Position numbers and translations under genes: made by a program | Assembly (NCBI RefSeq): GCF_001194135.2 | Contig: NC_068985.1 | Span: 2,781,070-2,845,069, forward strand | DNA: 64,000 nt | From: Octopus bimaculoides | Lineage: Eukaryota | Direction of reading: 5' to 3' | Shown here: positions 37,132-50,303 of the stretch, in pieces | How the letters are laid out: each line of letters opens with the position of its first letter | How positions within the stretch are numbered: the first letter of the stretch is position 1 | The notes under the pieces: generated by a model | The model's database searches: none | Told to the model about the DNA's origin: nothing | The model's input: the letters and a program-made list of their open reading frames with translations, nothing else

Positions 37132-38194
37132 GACACACGCACACACATTGATTGTTGATTGATTGATTGCTACGTAACCAAATGTCATGCTGTCAGATAG
37201 CTTATGGAACCCAAAAGTAAACTTACAAAGAATATTTCCGAAGGAAGTACAGCACCAATGTAAAGCTATCATATCTTAAGGAAGTAAAATGGTAAAAATG
37301 CTACCAAAAATATCGACAGTTCTAAAAATATAAAATAGCAAAGTCTGGAGAATACGATATACTTTTGAAATGTATGTTAATCTCAGCATGACTCATTTCC
37401 CAATACTGTTTCCTGGAAGAACATAAATAGAGAGCCTTAAATATTAAGATCAGTGTATTTAGTGGAATAAGAGAGAACACAAGTTGCGAAAGAAGCTGGA
37501 AATCGGTTCAGTAATTGAATTGAAGTAACTATTTGAAGCGATCAATAACTGTGTTTTTATGTTGGTTTATGGGGTATTTTAGGCAACATGACTAGTTAAT
37601 TGTTTCCAAGGCTTTGCTTAATATAAACTATACATTTTCTTTCTCCAGCAGTTCTGCTTTAGAGAGATATACTACAGATAAGTTCCACCAGTTAATTATT
37701 CTACCCTCAATACGGTAAACATAGATTTATCAAAGACAAAAGCATACAAGCAGCTCAAAAACAATATTTTCTTACTTTTATTTCCTTTACTTTTCTTTTT
37801 CACTAAATTTATGCTGAAAAAGATGTATTGCCTTTTATTCTACTAGGAATAAACTAAAAGGGAGAGTGTCCTGCTCCTCTTATTCAAGAATTACATATTA
37901 GTTATTTTGTACTTCTATATTTTTACTATGAACGAGGAAGAGGGTTTTATCCATCACTTGATCATATCAGATGAAGTTCATTTTAACCTTTCTGGTTATG
38001 TTAATAAACAAAATTGGAGGTTTTGAGACCGTGAAAGTCCTCAAATGCATGTATGCAAAACTTTTGCACAGTGAGAGGGTTACAGTGTGATGTGCACTGA
38101 CTTATGCAGGTGTGATTGGTCCTTACATTTTTGAGGACAAACATGGTGCAGATGTAACGGTAACTGTTGAGTGCTACAACCATATGCTGCAGCT

Positions 38195-38367
38195 ATTTTT
38201 CTGAGTTACAAATGCTGCAGTGTTTGGCATTAGGAAGGGCATCCAGCCATAGAAAACCATGCCAAACCAGACAGGAGTCTGATGCAGCCTTCCAGCTTAC
38301 CAGCCCTAGACAAACCATCCAACCCATGCCAGCATGGACAACAAATGTTAAATGATGATGATGCTGA

Positions 38368-38370
<3 letters not shown>
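38195..38370 (+). mobile_element. Family C (RTE-tail) copy
   Basis: ggcattaggaagggcatccagccatagaaaacc...ccaacccatgccagcatggacaacaaatgttaaatgatgatg. Confidence 0.85.
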
Positions 38371-38462
<92 letters not shown>

Positions 38463-38667
38463 CAGATGTATGAATATCTATAAAATGTTATCCATACTAA
38501 TTTTGCTGTTTAGATCTAGTTACAATCACATGGGGTATTTTGGCAGCCTCCAAACTGCCACCAATTGACCAATTCTGAGACCACTATCCCCATTGTTGCC
38601 ATCACTTTTCTCAATATCAATTCTTCTTCTTCTTCTTCTTATTATTATTATTATTATTATTATCATC

Positions 38668-38792
38668 ATCATGACTTTGCCTTTTCTCCTTTTGGGGTCA
38701 ATGAAATAAATACCTGTTATGTACTAGGGTCAATATAATCAACTAGTCCCTCCCCCACAAATTTCAGGCCTTGTGCCCACAGTAGAAAGGAT
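38668..38792 (+). mobile_element. SINE family B fragment between (TTA)n tracts
   Basis: gactttgccttttctccttttggggtcaatgaaataaatacc...ttcaggccttgtgccc. Confidence 0.65.
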
Positions 38793-38794
38793 GG

Positions 38795-38848
<54 letters not shown>

Positions 38849-39625
38849 TGATGCATCACCAGGACTTGGACTTTAATGGCTGATCTCTGTTATAATTCAT
38901 GTTTTTGTACTGTTGTCCCTGGTTAAAAAACACATACATACATATATTCATACAGATATGGAATACATATACATGCACACACACACACATACCGAGTAAT
39001 GTGACATACATGTTTGTGTTCTATTGGGACAGGTACTCCAAGTTCCAGTTTATCCACCTGCACACCTGTATGCATCCATAAACTAATTCAGTTCACCACA
39101 AACCCTAACAGCTGTCCTGACTTAAAAAGGCCTTGCCACTTGACTTTTGGAAATGAAACAAGACTTAAATCTCAAACAAACAAGCATACACACTCATAAA
39201 TACATAGAGGGAAAGAGAAAAGTCATGAAATTTTGTAGAGCACAACAGCCAAGTGGATGTAAATGGTTAATAGCAGTATACTTTTGAGAGTTTGGTCTTC
39301 AAAGGTAAGAAGTTCTTCACATTTTACATAATTATCAGACATTTCTTTTCAGTTGAGAAAATTCATTGGAGAGATCTTTAACAACAGTTAAGACCAAGAG
39401 AAATAACAAAGAGCTCACAAGAGTGTGTGAGGAAATACAAAAAATGCAAATACACGGGATAGTGATTTGATGAAATTTCTAAATATTAAAAATTATCAAA
39501 GTATTCTTCACAATCAAGTTTGTCAACATCTACATTTGAAACAAGCCAGCCAAACACCAGAGAAGCGGAGGGGTTTTATGCTCTTAAAATGATAGAAATC
39601 GTATTGGAAAATGGATTGGGATAGA

Positions 39626-39663
<38 letters not shown>

Positions 39664-41417
39664 CCAGCTGTTTCATTATCAAACAATATTTTTAAAGACG
39701 GATCAGTGACATTACCCAATGATATTAATGAGCAAATTAAAGTCATTAGCAACCAAAATCTACTTAAAAATAACATCATTACAAAAAATGGGGGTACATA
39801 GCTCTGAAAAGATGGACTGGCCATAGTTGGAAAGCTTTTCATTAAAATTCTGATTAGAGCTGATCTGGGGACAAATCACAACAAACTTAAGGACAGAAGT
39901 TACTCTGGTAATTTTAATACAGCTTACTGGATGATTGGTTCTTTTTATTTTATTTTATTTTATTTAATCTGTAGTCTCTTCAATAACAGTTCAAATAAAA
40001 TACTGTGACCCCAAGACACTAATATTAAATATTGGTGACCTTTCTCCAAAAACATTCATCTTGCAGGGTTATTTAACATTGACTGCCACTCCTTCTCTCT
40101 TCTCATTAATTCTAATGATAAATGTTTTCTAGATTTTTAAATCTCTTCTAAATAAATATAAGACTGTCAAGCATAGCTCATTTAGCATTGTTTTCAGGAG
40201 TGGAAAGGTTTAACAAAACAAACATGTTCAGGCTGATATTGATAATTCTATGTCTAAATAGAATGGGAAAAAAAATATATATCAAGTGTGTTGTATTTGC
40301 AGATGAGTAAGTAAGAATGAGTGAGACAGTATTTTTATAGTATTTCTTCCGTAGCACAAAAACAGAAAAGCTGATCTCACACCATTATAAATAACACTTT
40401 TCCTACATAGAAGTAAATGTTTTTCCATGTTACTTTCTTCTTTGACCAGGATTCTATGGGTTTTCCCACTATTTGGCTTGATAAAGAGTTCAAAATCTTT
40501 CACTGCTAAACCATAGCTCAAGATATCAAGTATTATATTTGTGATTTTCATGTAGCAATATTATGCTGCTTCATAAGTTAAGGAAGGTCATACCGAATGC
40601 CAAAAGCAAACAATTCTCAATGAACTGAAATTTTCCCGTTAGATGGCGAGAGAAAATTCAAGTGACTCCCAAAGACGAAGGGAGGTAATGCCAAGAAATG
40701 AAGAATTAATTTCACTAAATTAACATCCATATTTAGAGGAAAAACTTTGATCTTCATTTACAAGCAGCTGACAGCTTTTGGTCTTATTGGACCGCATCAA
40801 CATAGTATAGGAAATTCAAATATGCTTTGATCAGTTGACAAAGTTATTCTATTTGAGATAAATTCCTTGATGAACAAGTATAATTCAGTTTTATGGTTGT
40901 ACAAAGGTTTTAACAATTATCACTGAAGAAAACATGAGAATCTGAAATGAAATCAAAGGTTATAGTATACAAAAGAAAGTTTGAAAAATAAAAAGAAGAG
41001 CTGGTCTTAGCATATAATAATGGAATGGAGTATCCCAAACAGGCCACTGATAAAGTATCTTATACATTATATCTTCAGATAGAAGACCTTATGGTGAAGT
41101 ACACAATAGAAAACTATTTCATTGAGGATTCCCAGGCAAGATAAGCACTACCAAATCAAAAATATACTTACCTCTTTCATAAAGCGACTTCATGATACCT
41201 TGTCCCCACCATCTTTATATCTCTTTCCAGCTTCTCACTGATTACCCCCACCCACTCTTGTATAACGAGAACAGCCATGAACCTCCTTCACACCAAGAAA
41301 CCTGTTCCAAAGAGAGAGCTTTTCCTTCATATTCTAACCTTTCATCACCTAGCATAAAGTTACCTTCCTTTCTACTGGACCCCCAGCTGATGATGCTCTT
41401 AGTCTTGCAAGCTACAG

Positions 41418-42032
41418 GGCAACCCCACTAGTGCTGGTGTCACACAATAAAAAACAAAAAAAAAACATTCAGTATACTCTGTACAGTGGTTGGTATTAGA
41501 AAGGGCATCCAGCCATAGAAACCAAGACAAAACAGATACTGAAACACAACAGGGTTTTCTGAGCCATTGGATCTTTTCAGGCTATCAAACTACACCAGCT
41601 TGGAAGATGTAAGTTAAAAGATGATGATGATGATGATGAGTGAGAGAGAGAGACTGTAGTCATGCTTTTTTAGTGTCCATCTTCCATGCTGGGATCGGCT
41701 CGATGGTATCATGGGACACAGTGACCAGGAGGATTGTGTCAAACATCAAACTCCAACATCTAATTAGTGTTTATATTTATATATATATATATATATATAT
41801 GACAAAGGGCCGAGATGTTTAATGCCTTGCTGTCCTCAAGAAGACCTGTCCACCACAGCAAAATTGATACTGGTGCCACATAAAAAGATTCCAGTACACT
41901 CAGTAGAATGGTTGGTGTTAGGAAGGGCCTCCAGTCAAAGAAACCATGCCAGAACAATTGAGCCTGGTGCAAACCTCAGCCTTACCAGCTCCCGATAAAC
42001 TGTCCAACCCATGCCAGGCATCAAATGATGAG
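41418..42032. mobile_element. Cluster of three family C fragments (+, -, +)
   Basis: + copy ends aagatgatgatgatg (~41640); opposite fragment 41670-41760; + copy 41845-42032. Confidence 0.7.
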
Positions 42033-43122
42033 ATATATCTTTATACATAGTGAGAATTCACAAGAAAACAAAAGACAAAGACAGGTAGTGTAGAAAACAA
42101 ACAGATGTATTAGTTTAACGCTCGGGAATTGAAAAAGTCTTTAACATTTCGAGCCTACGCTCTTCCACAGAAAGGAACACAGAAAGAAACAAGGACAGAA
42201 ACAAGCAAAGAAAAAAAAATGTGTGTAGTGGTTGAAGGGATACTGAGAAGTTTCTGGCTTTGGGTAAAAAAAATAGCAACAAAAACCACTGACAAATAAC
42301 AGAAAACCAAACCATAATAGAATGCTAAGATGGTGTTTGGAACTTAATTTAAAAGTTTTCTTTGGTGAAATTTTTTCCACTGAACTTTCATTACTATTCA
42401 TGTTACAAGATTTCAGTTGGGATGCTAATTTCAATATGAACACTTAAATATGCATTATTTGAGGTAAGGTCGTCATATGAGATCAAGGGTGACCTTAGGT
42501 GAAGTGGCAGAAAGAGGAGAAGACCAAGTTCATAGACAGCTATGGTACTATGTTACTTAAACAAGAAATATAGCTGAAAAACTGAAGACAACAGAAATAG
42601 ATGGGCTACTGAAATGCAGCGGGGAGAAAAAGTTCACCATTAGCTGAATTCTAAAACTACAAATTTACATATTAAAATTTACAAACACCAACATATTCAT
42701 GAGGTGTGTGTTTGTGTGTGTGAGAGAGGGAAAATGTTGTACAGAAAGATACCAAACATACAGAAAACAGGAAAAAGCACACAAGGGATGTGGTGTACTA
42801 AATATGTTTTGTTTCAATGCCACGGTGACTTGCAGATTACATTCAAACAGTTTAACCAATTCTGTACACAGCAGATGTAAAAACTTTGTGCACACACACA
42901 ATACATTTATGGACAGAAAAAAAAAAGAGAGAGGGATCCACAGGACCCGTGAGGTCACCAAGTACCTGGCAAGACAAGATACCTCAGCTGAGTGGATAGA
43001 ATTAACCCTGTCGTGCGGTTATGTTCAGATCATAACTAAGTCTTATGTATATATATATATATATGGGCAACACACACACACACATGTACACCAATTGCAT
43101 ACATATCTTTTGTACGCATACA

Positions 43123-43158
<36 letters not shown>

Positions 43159-44279
43159 GCCTGTATATCAACAAAACACTATTTTCCTCGATGGAAAAAA
43201 AAACAGCAAAAGTCTTAACAAAAACTTACTCGTCGCTAGAAGGGGACTTAACTCCTGTTATAAACGATGGTGGATTTCTCTGACTTGAAAATTGTTAAAA
43301 GTTTTGGTTGAAAATTTATTTTTACTGTTATTCGTTGGTGCCTCTGGGAAAATAAGCTGACAAAAATACAGCTAGGGTCATGACGAATGTCCGCCTAAAA
43401 TTGGAGTGACATGTGTGCTAATTTGTGGACGTGCATAAATTACATTCACGTACACACATCCTTCCTTCTATATATACAGATATTTATTGTTTGGATTGAA
43501 GAGTTTACACTTTTGAGGCAATGAGTGTGATTCGGATAATGAAACTGGTGAAGAGGGATGAGGAAAGTAGTGAGTCGGGTGAACAAATACAGTAGATGAG
43601 AGACAGGCCTATTATTGTTAATCTCCTGATCATTATTTTTTTTTCTGATTCTGTCCATTAGTATTCCTGCAATTGCTACTCTTGAGCTGTGAATGGAACC
43701 ACCTATTCTATTGCTGAGCAGACCAGGTGGAGGGTAAAGTTAGATACAGGGGCCCAGGTCTGAGAAGACTAAGGGATATAAAACCATGATAGCACAAGAG
43801 CACATGTATTGCTGAAGAGGTGAACAGAAGGGTTCCCTATCTCAAAAGAGAGAGAGAGAAATGTGAGATCAAGAAGGTACAAGGTGAATAAAAGAGACAG
43901 AAATAGGAGAGAGAGGGATAGACAATGTGGATGTACAAGTAAGTGTAACAGAGGGGGAATAGTGTGACAAATGATTAAAGATAGAGATTAAACTGGATGC
44001 AGTGAATATCAGTTTGGGGAGGGGGAAATGAATACAAATATATTCTGTTTTCTAAACTATTCAAATTACATCTTCTTAAGGCCATATTGGTGCATATTAG
44101 TATTTAATCTTTTGGGAATCCATCCTTTTATTTAAAATTTTCTCTCTTCAACAGCTTTAAAACTTCCAGTCAATGATGATGAGTATGCCCTTTCTCATGA
44201 GTGATGTTTAGGGACCTCAGTTACAACTGCTTCTCCTTACTATACATTGCAATCACATGTTCTGTTTTGTTCCTCCGCT

Positions 44280-45190
44280 TAGTTCTCCATTGTTCCATCT
44301 TCATCTTTGTCACTTGTAAACCCATCGTCTATTAACAACCACTCCGAGGGTGTGGGGTCAGAGATTCTGAATCCAAATAACAAGGCCAAAATATTGCAGT
44401 TTTCACCATCTGACCACTGCACCAACTTTCATTCCACTCCCACCTCCACCTGGAGTGAATTGCTCATTGTACAGGCTGACCACCAGTGACACATCATCTT
44501 AAATGCTCTCAAGCTGCCTGGTATCTGCTACCAATAGGACCCATGCTTCACATTCATACATTGCTACTGACCAGAGCAGGATTTAATTTCGATGCGGTGC
44601 TGAACAGAGGCAGTTTCTCTTGAAAGTCCATAAATTTGCATTCCACTCTTAACAACAACTCCAGCCACCTGCTGACCAGAGTACATTCTCTTCAGTAATT
44701 TCACTGTTAAACCCTCAACGCCCCATCATCTGTAACATCTTCCATAATGTGGAATACCAAACTGAGATTAAGGCCTTTTTTATAATCAATGAATGCTATA
44801 TTTTGTGGAATGTTATATTCCCTGGCTTTCTCCATGATATTAAAAGTCTGGTCTTTCTTGCTCATCTTTTTATGAAACCTCATCTGTACTTTTACAAGCT
44901 GTTCTTTAACCCAGTTCAACCTTGTCAACAGAATTCTCACCATGATCTTACTGGTATGGCAGATGAGATCTATGCTTTACATGCAATGAAGACTGATCAC
45001 TTCTCCTCCACCCATCTGACAGACATTGTTACGTAGCTTGGCAAGAGCTTTCATCATCATCATGTCATCATTTGCTTTCAATAATCCCACAAGAATGTCA
45101 TCAACACCAGCTTCTTTGCTAGTAGGGCACATGCTGAACTTTATCTTTCAATTCAGACCCCAGGACTTCTGACATGCAGTGCAACATGTT
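44280..45190 (-). mobile_element. RTE/BovB-like LINE RT relic
   Basis: AGVDDILVGLLKA...SKIMVRILLTRL...EKAREYNIPQNIAFIDYKK...VAMYECEAWVL. Confidence 0.8.
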
Positions 45191-45346
45191 ACTGTCACTG
45201 TTCTCATTACTGTTTGAACCACACAAAATATTATTTCACTATTTCAACTCTCTCTCTCATGCTATGCTTCTCAAATACCATCAGATCTCAGCAAAATGAA
45301 TCCAAAACTCAGTTTTAATTCCTGATTAGGATCACTACTTTAATAC

Positions 45347-45402
<56 letters not shown>

Positions 45403-45409
45403 ATGAAAT

Positions 45410-45662
45410 TCCTTTATTTGTTTCAGTCATTTGACTGCAGCCACACTACAGCCCCGCCTTTAGTTGAACAAATTGCCCACAGGACTTATTTATATGTATA
45501 TATATGAGGGGCTTCTTTCAGTTTCCGTCTACCAAATCCACTCAAAAGGCTTTGGTCAACCCAAGGTTATAGTAGGAGACACTTGCCCACGGTGCCACAC
45601 AGTAGGACTGAACCTGGAACCATGTGGTTGGTAAGCAAGCTACTTACCACACAGCCACTCCT
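45410..45662 (-). mobile_element. SINE family A
   Basis: Reverse-complement head gagtggctgtgtggtaagtagcttgcttaccaaccacatggttccaggttcagtcc, plus 3' module. Confidence 0.88.
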
Positions 45663-46557
45663 AGAGAATGTATAATTTTAACAGCCACAGTGACTTTATC
45701 GAAATGCAATTAACTAAGATGATTAGTATAAGCTTGTTAATATTACTTAACAGAACTGGATGGTTGAATTATCAAGCAATGTTTAGACTGAAATGTGTCA
45801 GGCCTTGATCTTTCTCTGAGAGTAAAGAAGCATAGAGGAACAAGTGTCTGAGTTGTAGGTAAATCTGAATGAAAGAACTGAAATAAAGGAGTGATATCCT
45901 TTCAGTTAGTTTCATACTTTTACCTACAGACCAATTAACAGCACCACACACTCACTCTTCTACCTTGCTCACACTTGTCTACAGAACAACAACACACACA
46001 CTCTCTTCTCCTTCACTTCTACTTGTCTACAGACCAACCACTCTTCCACATTTGTCAATAGACACAATGACAACACTATTTCTTCTCTGTTTCTCTCTCG
46101 CTCAATCTCAAAGGACAAAACATTACATTCTACACTCTTCATGGCAACTGAACTTTTCAACTTTCCTTCCGACTAATTATTACTGACACAGTTTATCACT
46201 AGTTTCCTCGGATTCTAAATTTCCCTTTAGTTAGTATTACAGTCACACACATAAGTATGCAACTTGATACTAAAGTGTTAATTACTTCTAATGATTACTG
46301 ATTAAGAAAGGCTGTTAATTACTCGCAGTATTCAGCAGAATACAGTAAACATACACAGGTTAGAACTATTGGTTTACAATGACATTGTTAATGTAGAAAT
46401 AGAGAAAGAGTAACAGATGCAGATGAGTGAGCCGCATAGGAACTGTTCTCTATGTAATATCATTAACAGAGAATATAGTGAAGCTGAAAGAGTACGAAAT
46501 ACAAATCATTTAGTGATTATAACTGAAAGGGGATACACAAAGGAGTAAGACGCTTAC

Positions 46558-46720
46558 CATGTTTTTGCTGCATGAGAATCTCTGGTGCTAAATAATCAGG
46601 GGTGCCTAAAACACGATGTTTTCTAGGTTGGCTGCGATACCGTCGCACACTCTTAGGTGTTCGTAAAGGAGTTGTTTCCCCATGGGTTTCAACATCATGC
46701 GGGGTTCGAACTGACAGTCT
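46558..46720 (-). CDS. MASTL: Internal coding exon of Greatwall/MASTL serine/threonine kinase (end of the non-conserved middle region plus activation-segment/P+1 loop)
   Basis: Translates [55 protein letters not shown]. It matches the recalled human MASTL segment [39 protein letters not shown] with the same spacing. Acceptor ttgttcttttcag|AGA (phase 0), donor CATG|gtaagc (phase 1); 163 nt = 54 codons + 1. CpGs are retained, unlike in the flanks. Confidence 0.93.
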
Positions 46721-47127
46721 CTGAAAAGAACAATTACCTGAATATATATGTTTATACATAAAAGAAAAAAATATATAATATTAGTTCTGGCTAGGTAAAC
46801 CATGTTATCTAAAGAGCAGCTCAATGTTCATGAGTAACACACAGCAAGTACTGGTGAGCAAGCCATTCCTGTACTCTAAGTGTTGTGACAAAGGCTGTGG
46901 AGTCAGGATGAGGGTCAGAGTTGGTACAAATGAACAGACTCAATGCAAATTATAATATTGTTAAAATTTTTAACTGCCCCAATACTAATTTGACTATATT
47001 TTGCACTGAAAATAAGAAAACCATATCTAAGGGCTTCTATGAAGAAGGCACGTGGCCTGGTGGTTAGAGTGTTGCACTCACGATTACCAGACTGAGTTCC
47101 ATTCCTGCACTGGACAATCCTCCTCCT

Positions 47128-47265
47128 CATCATCATCATTGTTTAACATCTGTTTTCCATGCTAGTATGGGTTTGACTGAGGACTGGAGAGCCAGTGGCT
47201 GCATCAGGCTCCAATCTGATCTGGCAAGGTTTCTACAACTAGATGCCCTTCCCAACACCAATCAC
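47128..47265 (-). mobile_element. Family C copy; a second lies at 47748-48040
   Basis: (catcat)n tgtttaacatctgttttccatgctagtatgggtt...gatgcccttcccaacaccaatcac. Confidence 0.8.
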
Positions 47266-47594
47266 CTGTGTGTCGTAAAAGGCAACTAAAATAGGTTGAG
47301 GTAAGATTTGCACTCCAGCCTCATAAAACCCTTACCAGTAACAACTGCCCAAAACCGACCCATGGATTGAAGGGCTGTTACCTGAGTAGTGAAAAGGTGT
47401 CATCTGCCAGGAAGGAGTAGGGAATCACCAACAGATCGTGGATGAAGTGATGCACTGTTGCCCCCACCCATATTACCATCACTATGAAGAAGGAGCTGAT
47501 AGAACCAATTCTGTTCCTTAGAATAAAATGTTAGCAAATACTGGATTTTGGACTTGACCCAACTTCAGTTCTGACTTAAATGAGTGTTTAGCTC

Positions 47595-47600
<6 letters not shown>

Positions 47601-47686
<86 letters not shown>
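47601..47686. repeat. (AG)n microsatellite, ~43 units
   Basis: Direct run. Confidence 0.97.
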
Positions 47687-47690
<4 letters not shown>

Positions 47691-48406
47691 TGCATGTGTG
47701 CACATGCAGGCATGTGCATGCGTTTGATTATATACACATATACAGACATCACTCTCATCAAGCGTCCGCTTTCCATGCTGGCATGGGTTAGCCAGGTTGA
47801 CTGGAACTGGTAAGCTAGAGAGCTGTACCATGTCCCACTCTGATATGGAATGGTTTCTATGGCTGGATACCTAACACCAACCACTCCAAGCGTGTAGTGG
47901 ATGCCTTTTACATGTCACTGGCATGGAAGCCAGTCACTGGCATGGATGACACCAGCATCAGACACAATTATGATTTCACTTGGTTTGACGAGTCTTCTCA
48001 AGCACAGCATATTGCCAAAGATCTCGATCACTTGTCATATAAATCTCAGCTAAACACCCTTTATGTGTAGGGCCAAAGAAGCATTTACGGTCCAGCCCAT
48101 TCCCTTAGATTATCATTGCCTCAGTGTAATAAGTGCCTGATAAGCTGCAAAAGCCTTGAAGGGGCATGGCCTCAGCTGCACCAAAATAAATCCTTACAAG
48201 ACATTATGCAATGTTAGGCAATCTGAATGATTCCAGCAGTTTATGTAAAACATTCCTCTATAACTGAGCAGAGGGAAAGTGGACTCAGCCAGGTGCAAGA
48301 AATGCAAACCACCCAACAGAGGAGGCTACTGTCTCAAGACATCTCAACCATATCATCCTATCTATCTATGCATAAAAATAAAATCTTATATCCATACAAG
48401 CATATA

Positions 48407-48670
48407 TAGGCACAAGCATGGCTGAGTGGTAAGAGGTTTGCTTCCCAACCACATGGTTCTTGGTACAGTCCCACTGTGTGGCACTCCTTGGGCACATATC
48501 TTCTACTATAGCCTTGAGCCAACCAAAGCTTTCTGAGTGAAGTTGGTAAATGGAAACCGAAGGAAGCCCGGTGGTTGTGTGTGTGTGTTTATGTTTATAC
48601 CCCACCCACTACTGCTTGACAACTGGTGTTGATGTTTTTACGTCCCTGTAACTTAGTGGTTCAGCAATAC
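48407..48670 (+). mobile_element. SINE family A
   Basis: ggcacaagcatggctgagtggtaagaggtttgcttcccaaccacatggttcttggtacagtcccactgtgtggc... Confidence 0.85.
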
Positions 48671-48885
48671 AGAAGACAAGTAGTAAATCATTTTCAAGTT
48701 CTCAATGGGATAAATTCTTTAAATCTTTCAGATATAAAAAAAAAAAAAGACAACACACCGATTTGAGATTCCTCAGTTCAGGAGTTCGAAAATGAATGTC
48801 TGAGTTTGTGAATCGTTGCACTCTGTGGGAATTGCTTTTAGTTTGACAACTCTGAACTTGGCCTGTCTATAAAAATAAAAAGGAA

Positions 48886-48946
<61 letters not shown>

Positions 48947-48947
48947 G

Positions 48948-49146
48948 TTTCAAATTTTGCCACAAGTGTAGCAGTTTTGGGGGATACATCAACCCCAGTA
49001 TTTCACTGGTACTTAATTTATTGACTCTGAAAGAATGAAAGGCAAAGTTAAGCTAGGCGAAATTTGAAATCAGAATGTAGCAGCAGACAAAATACCACTA
49101 AGCATTTCGCCTGGTATGCTAACAATTCTGCCAGATCGCCGCCTTA
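48948..49146 (-). mobile_element. SINE family B between (TAA)n tracts
   Basis: Reverse complement: ggcggcgatctggcagaattgttagcataccaggcgaaatgcttag...ttctgatttcaaatttcgcc. Confidence 0.85.
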
Positions 49147-49279
49147 ATAATAATAATAATAATAATAGTAATAACAACAACAACAACCACCCAGAAACCG
49201 AGTCTCTGAGTATCATGTAAGGCTAGAGATGGGAGCCATGACCTCCCTTACAAATTGTGTGTCAACAGCCAGCTGGAAA

Positions 49280-49485
49280 AGATGTTTTCCTGGGGCTATA
49301 ACAACAGTAACATCATCCTTTATAGACTGCCACACTCTGTTGGCATATAAACATTACTAATAATAAACACATTGACACAAACACTTGGAATCTGTCCCAG
49401 AATAAAACAGTGCAAAAGACAACACTTCTGGGAACAGTAAATATCCTGTGGAAGTGTTTAGGAAAGACAAATATCACATCGTAGT
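49280..49485 (+). mobile_element. Dong/R4-clade C-terminal relic
   Basis: HKHLESVPE...KTVQKTTLLGTVNILWKCL, like QK.ALLGTAHILRK.L. Confidence 0.5.
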
Positions 49486-49997
49486 GTGAAAAAAGGTGTA
49501 ACTGAAACAGAAGTAGAGGGGGCGGGAAAATATTAATGAGTGAAGCACTTGTTTGTGTGTCAACACCACTGTTGTAGACCTAGAAACGAAATAATGACAA
49601 ATTGTGAACAAGAAAAAAAAAAAAATATCTGGTATTCTGTGTTTCAGGTCAANNNNNNNNNNGGGGGGGGGGGGGGTGATGAAACAAAAAAGGAAACTTT
49701 GTTAGCATTTTGTAACCAGCAATAAATAGATGACAATCGCTTGTCTGCAAGAAAGAGTACATACAAAAAAGAAAAATAAATGTGATGAGCCTGGGATGTG
49801 GCATGGGACCAGTAAGGGGAGCAGGGACACTTGCGAGAGTGACTTCAGATAACCATGCCTGGATGGGGTAGCAATCAGCAAGATTTCATAGACAAACTCA
49901 TACAACCTTTTTTCCATGATCAAAGCACAGTGGTTTCACATGGATGGTCGACTAAGCAACCAATCAGTGTCAAGCCACCATGTGATTCGATTACTCT

Positions 49998-50215
49998 CTT
50001 ATACGCTTTTACTGGTTTCAGTCAATTGACTGTAGCCATGCTGGAGCACCGCCTTTAGCCAAGCAAATCGACCCCAGGACTTATTCTTTGGAAGCCTAGT
50101 ACTTATTCTATTGGTCCTTTTGCTGAACCGCTAAGTTACGGGGATGTAAACACATCAGCATCAGTGGTCAAGCAATGTTGGGGGGACAAACACAGACACA
50201 CAAACATATACACAC

Positions 50216-50303
<88 letters not shown>

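Noticed and set aside
41170-41420. Strong minus-strand donor GAG|gtaagt at 41170
   Set aside because: Upstream candidate acceptors give stops in the MASTL phase, and the sequence looks repeat-derived.
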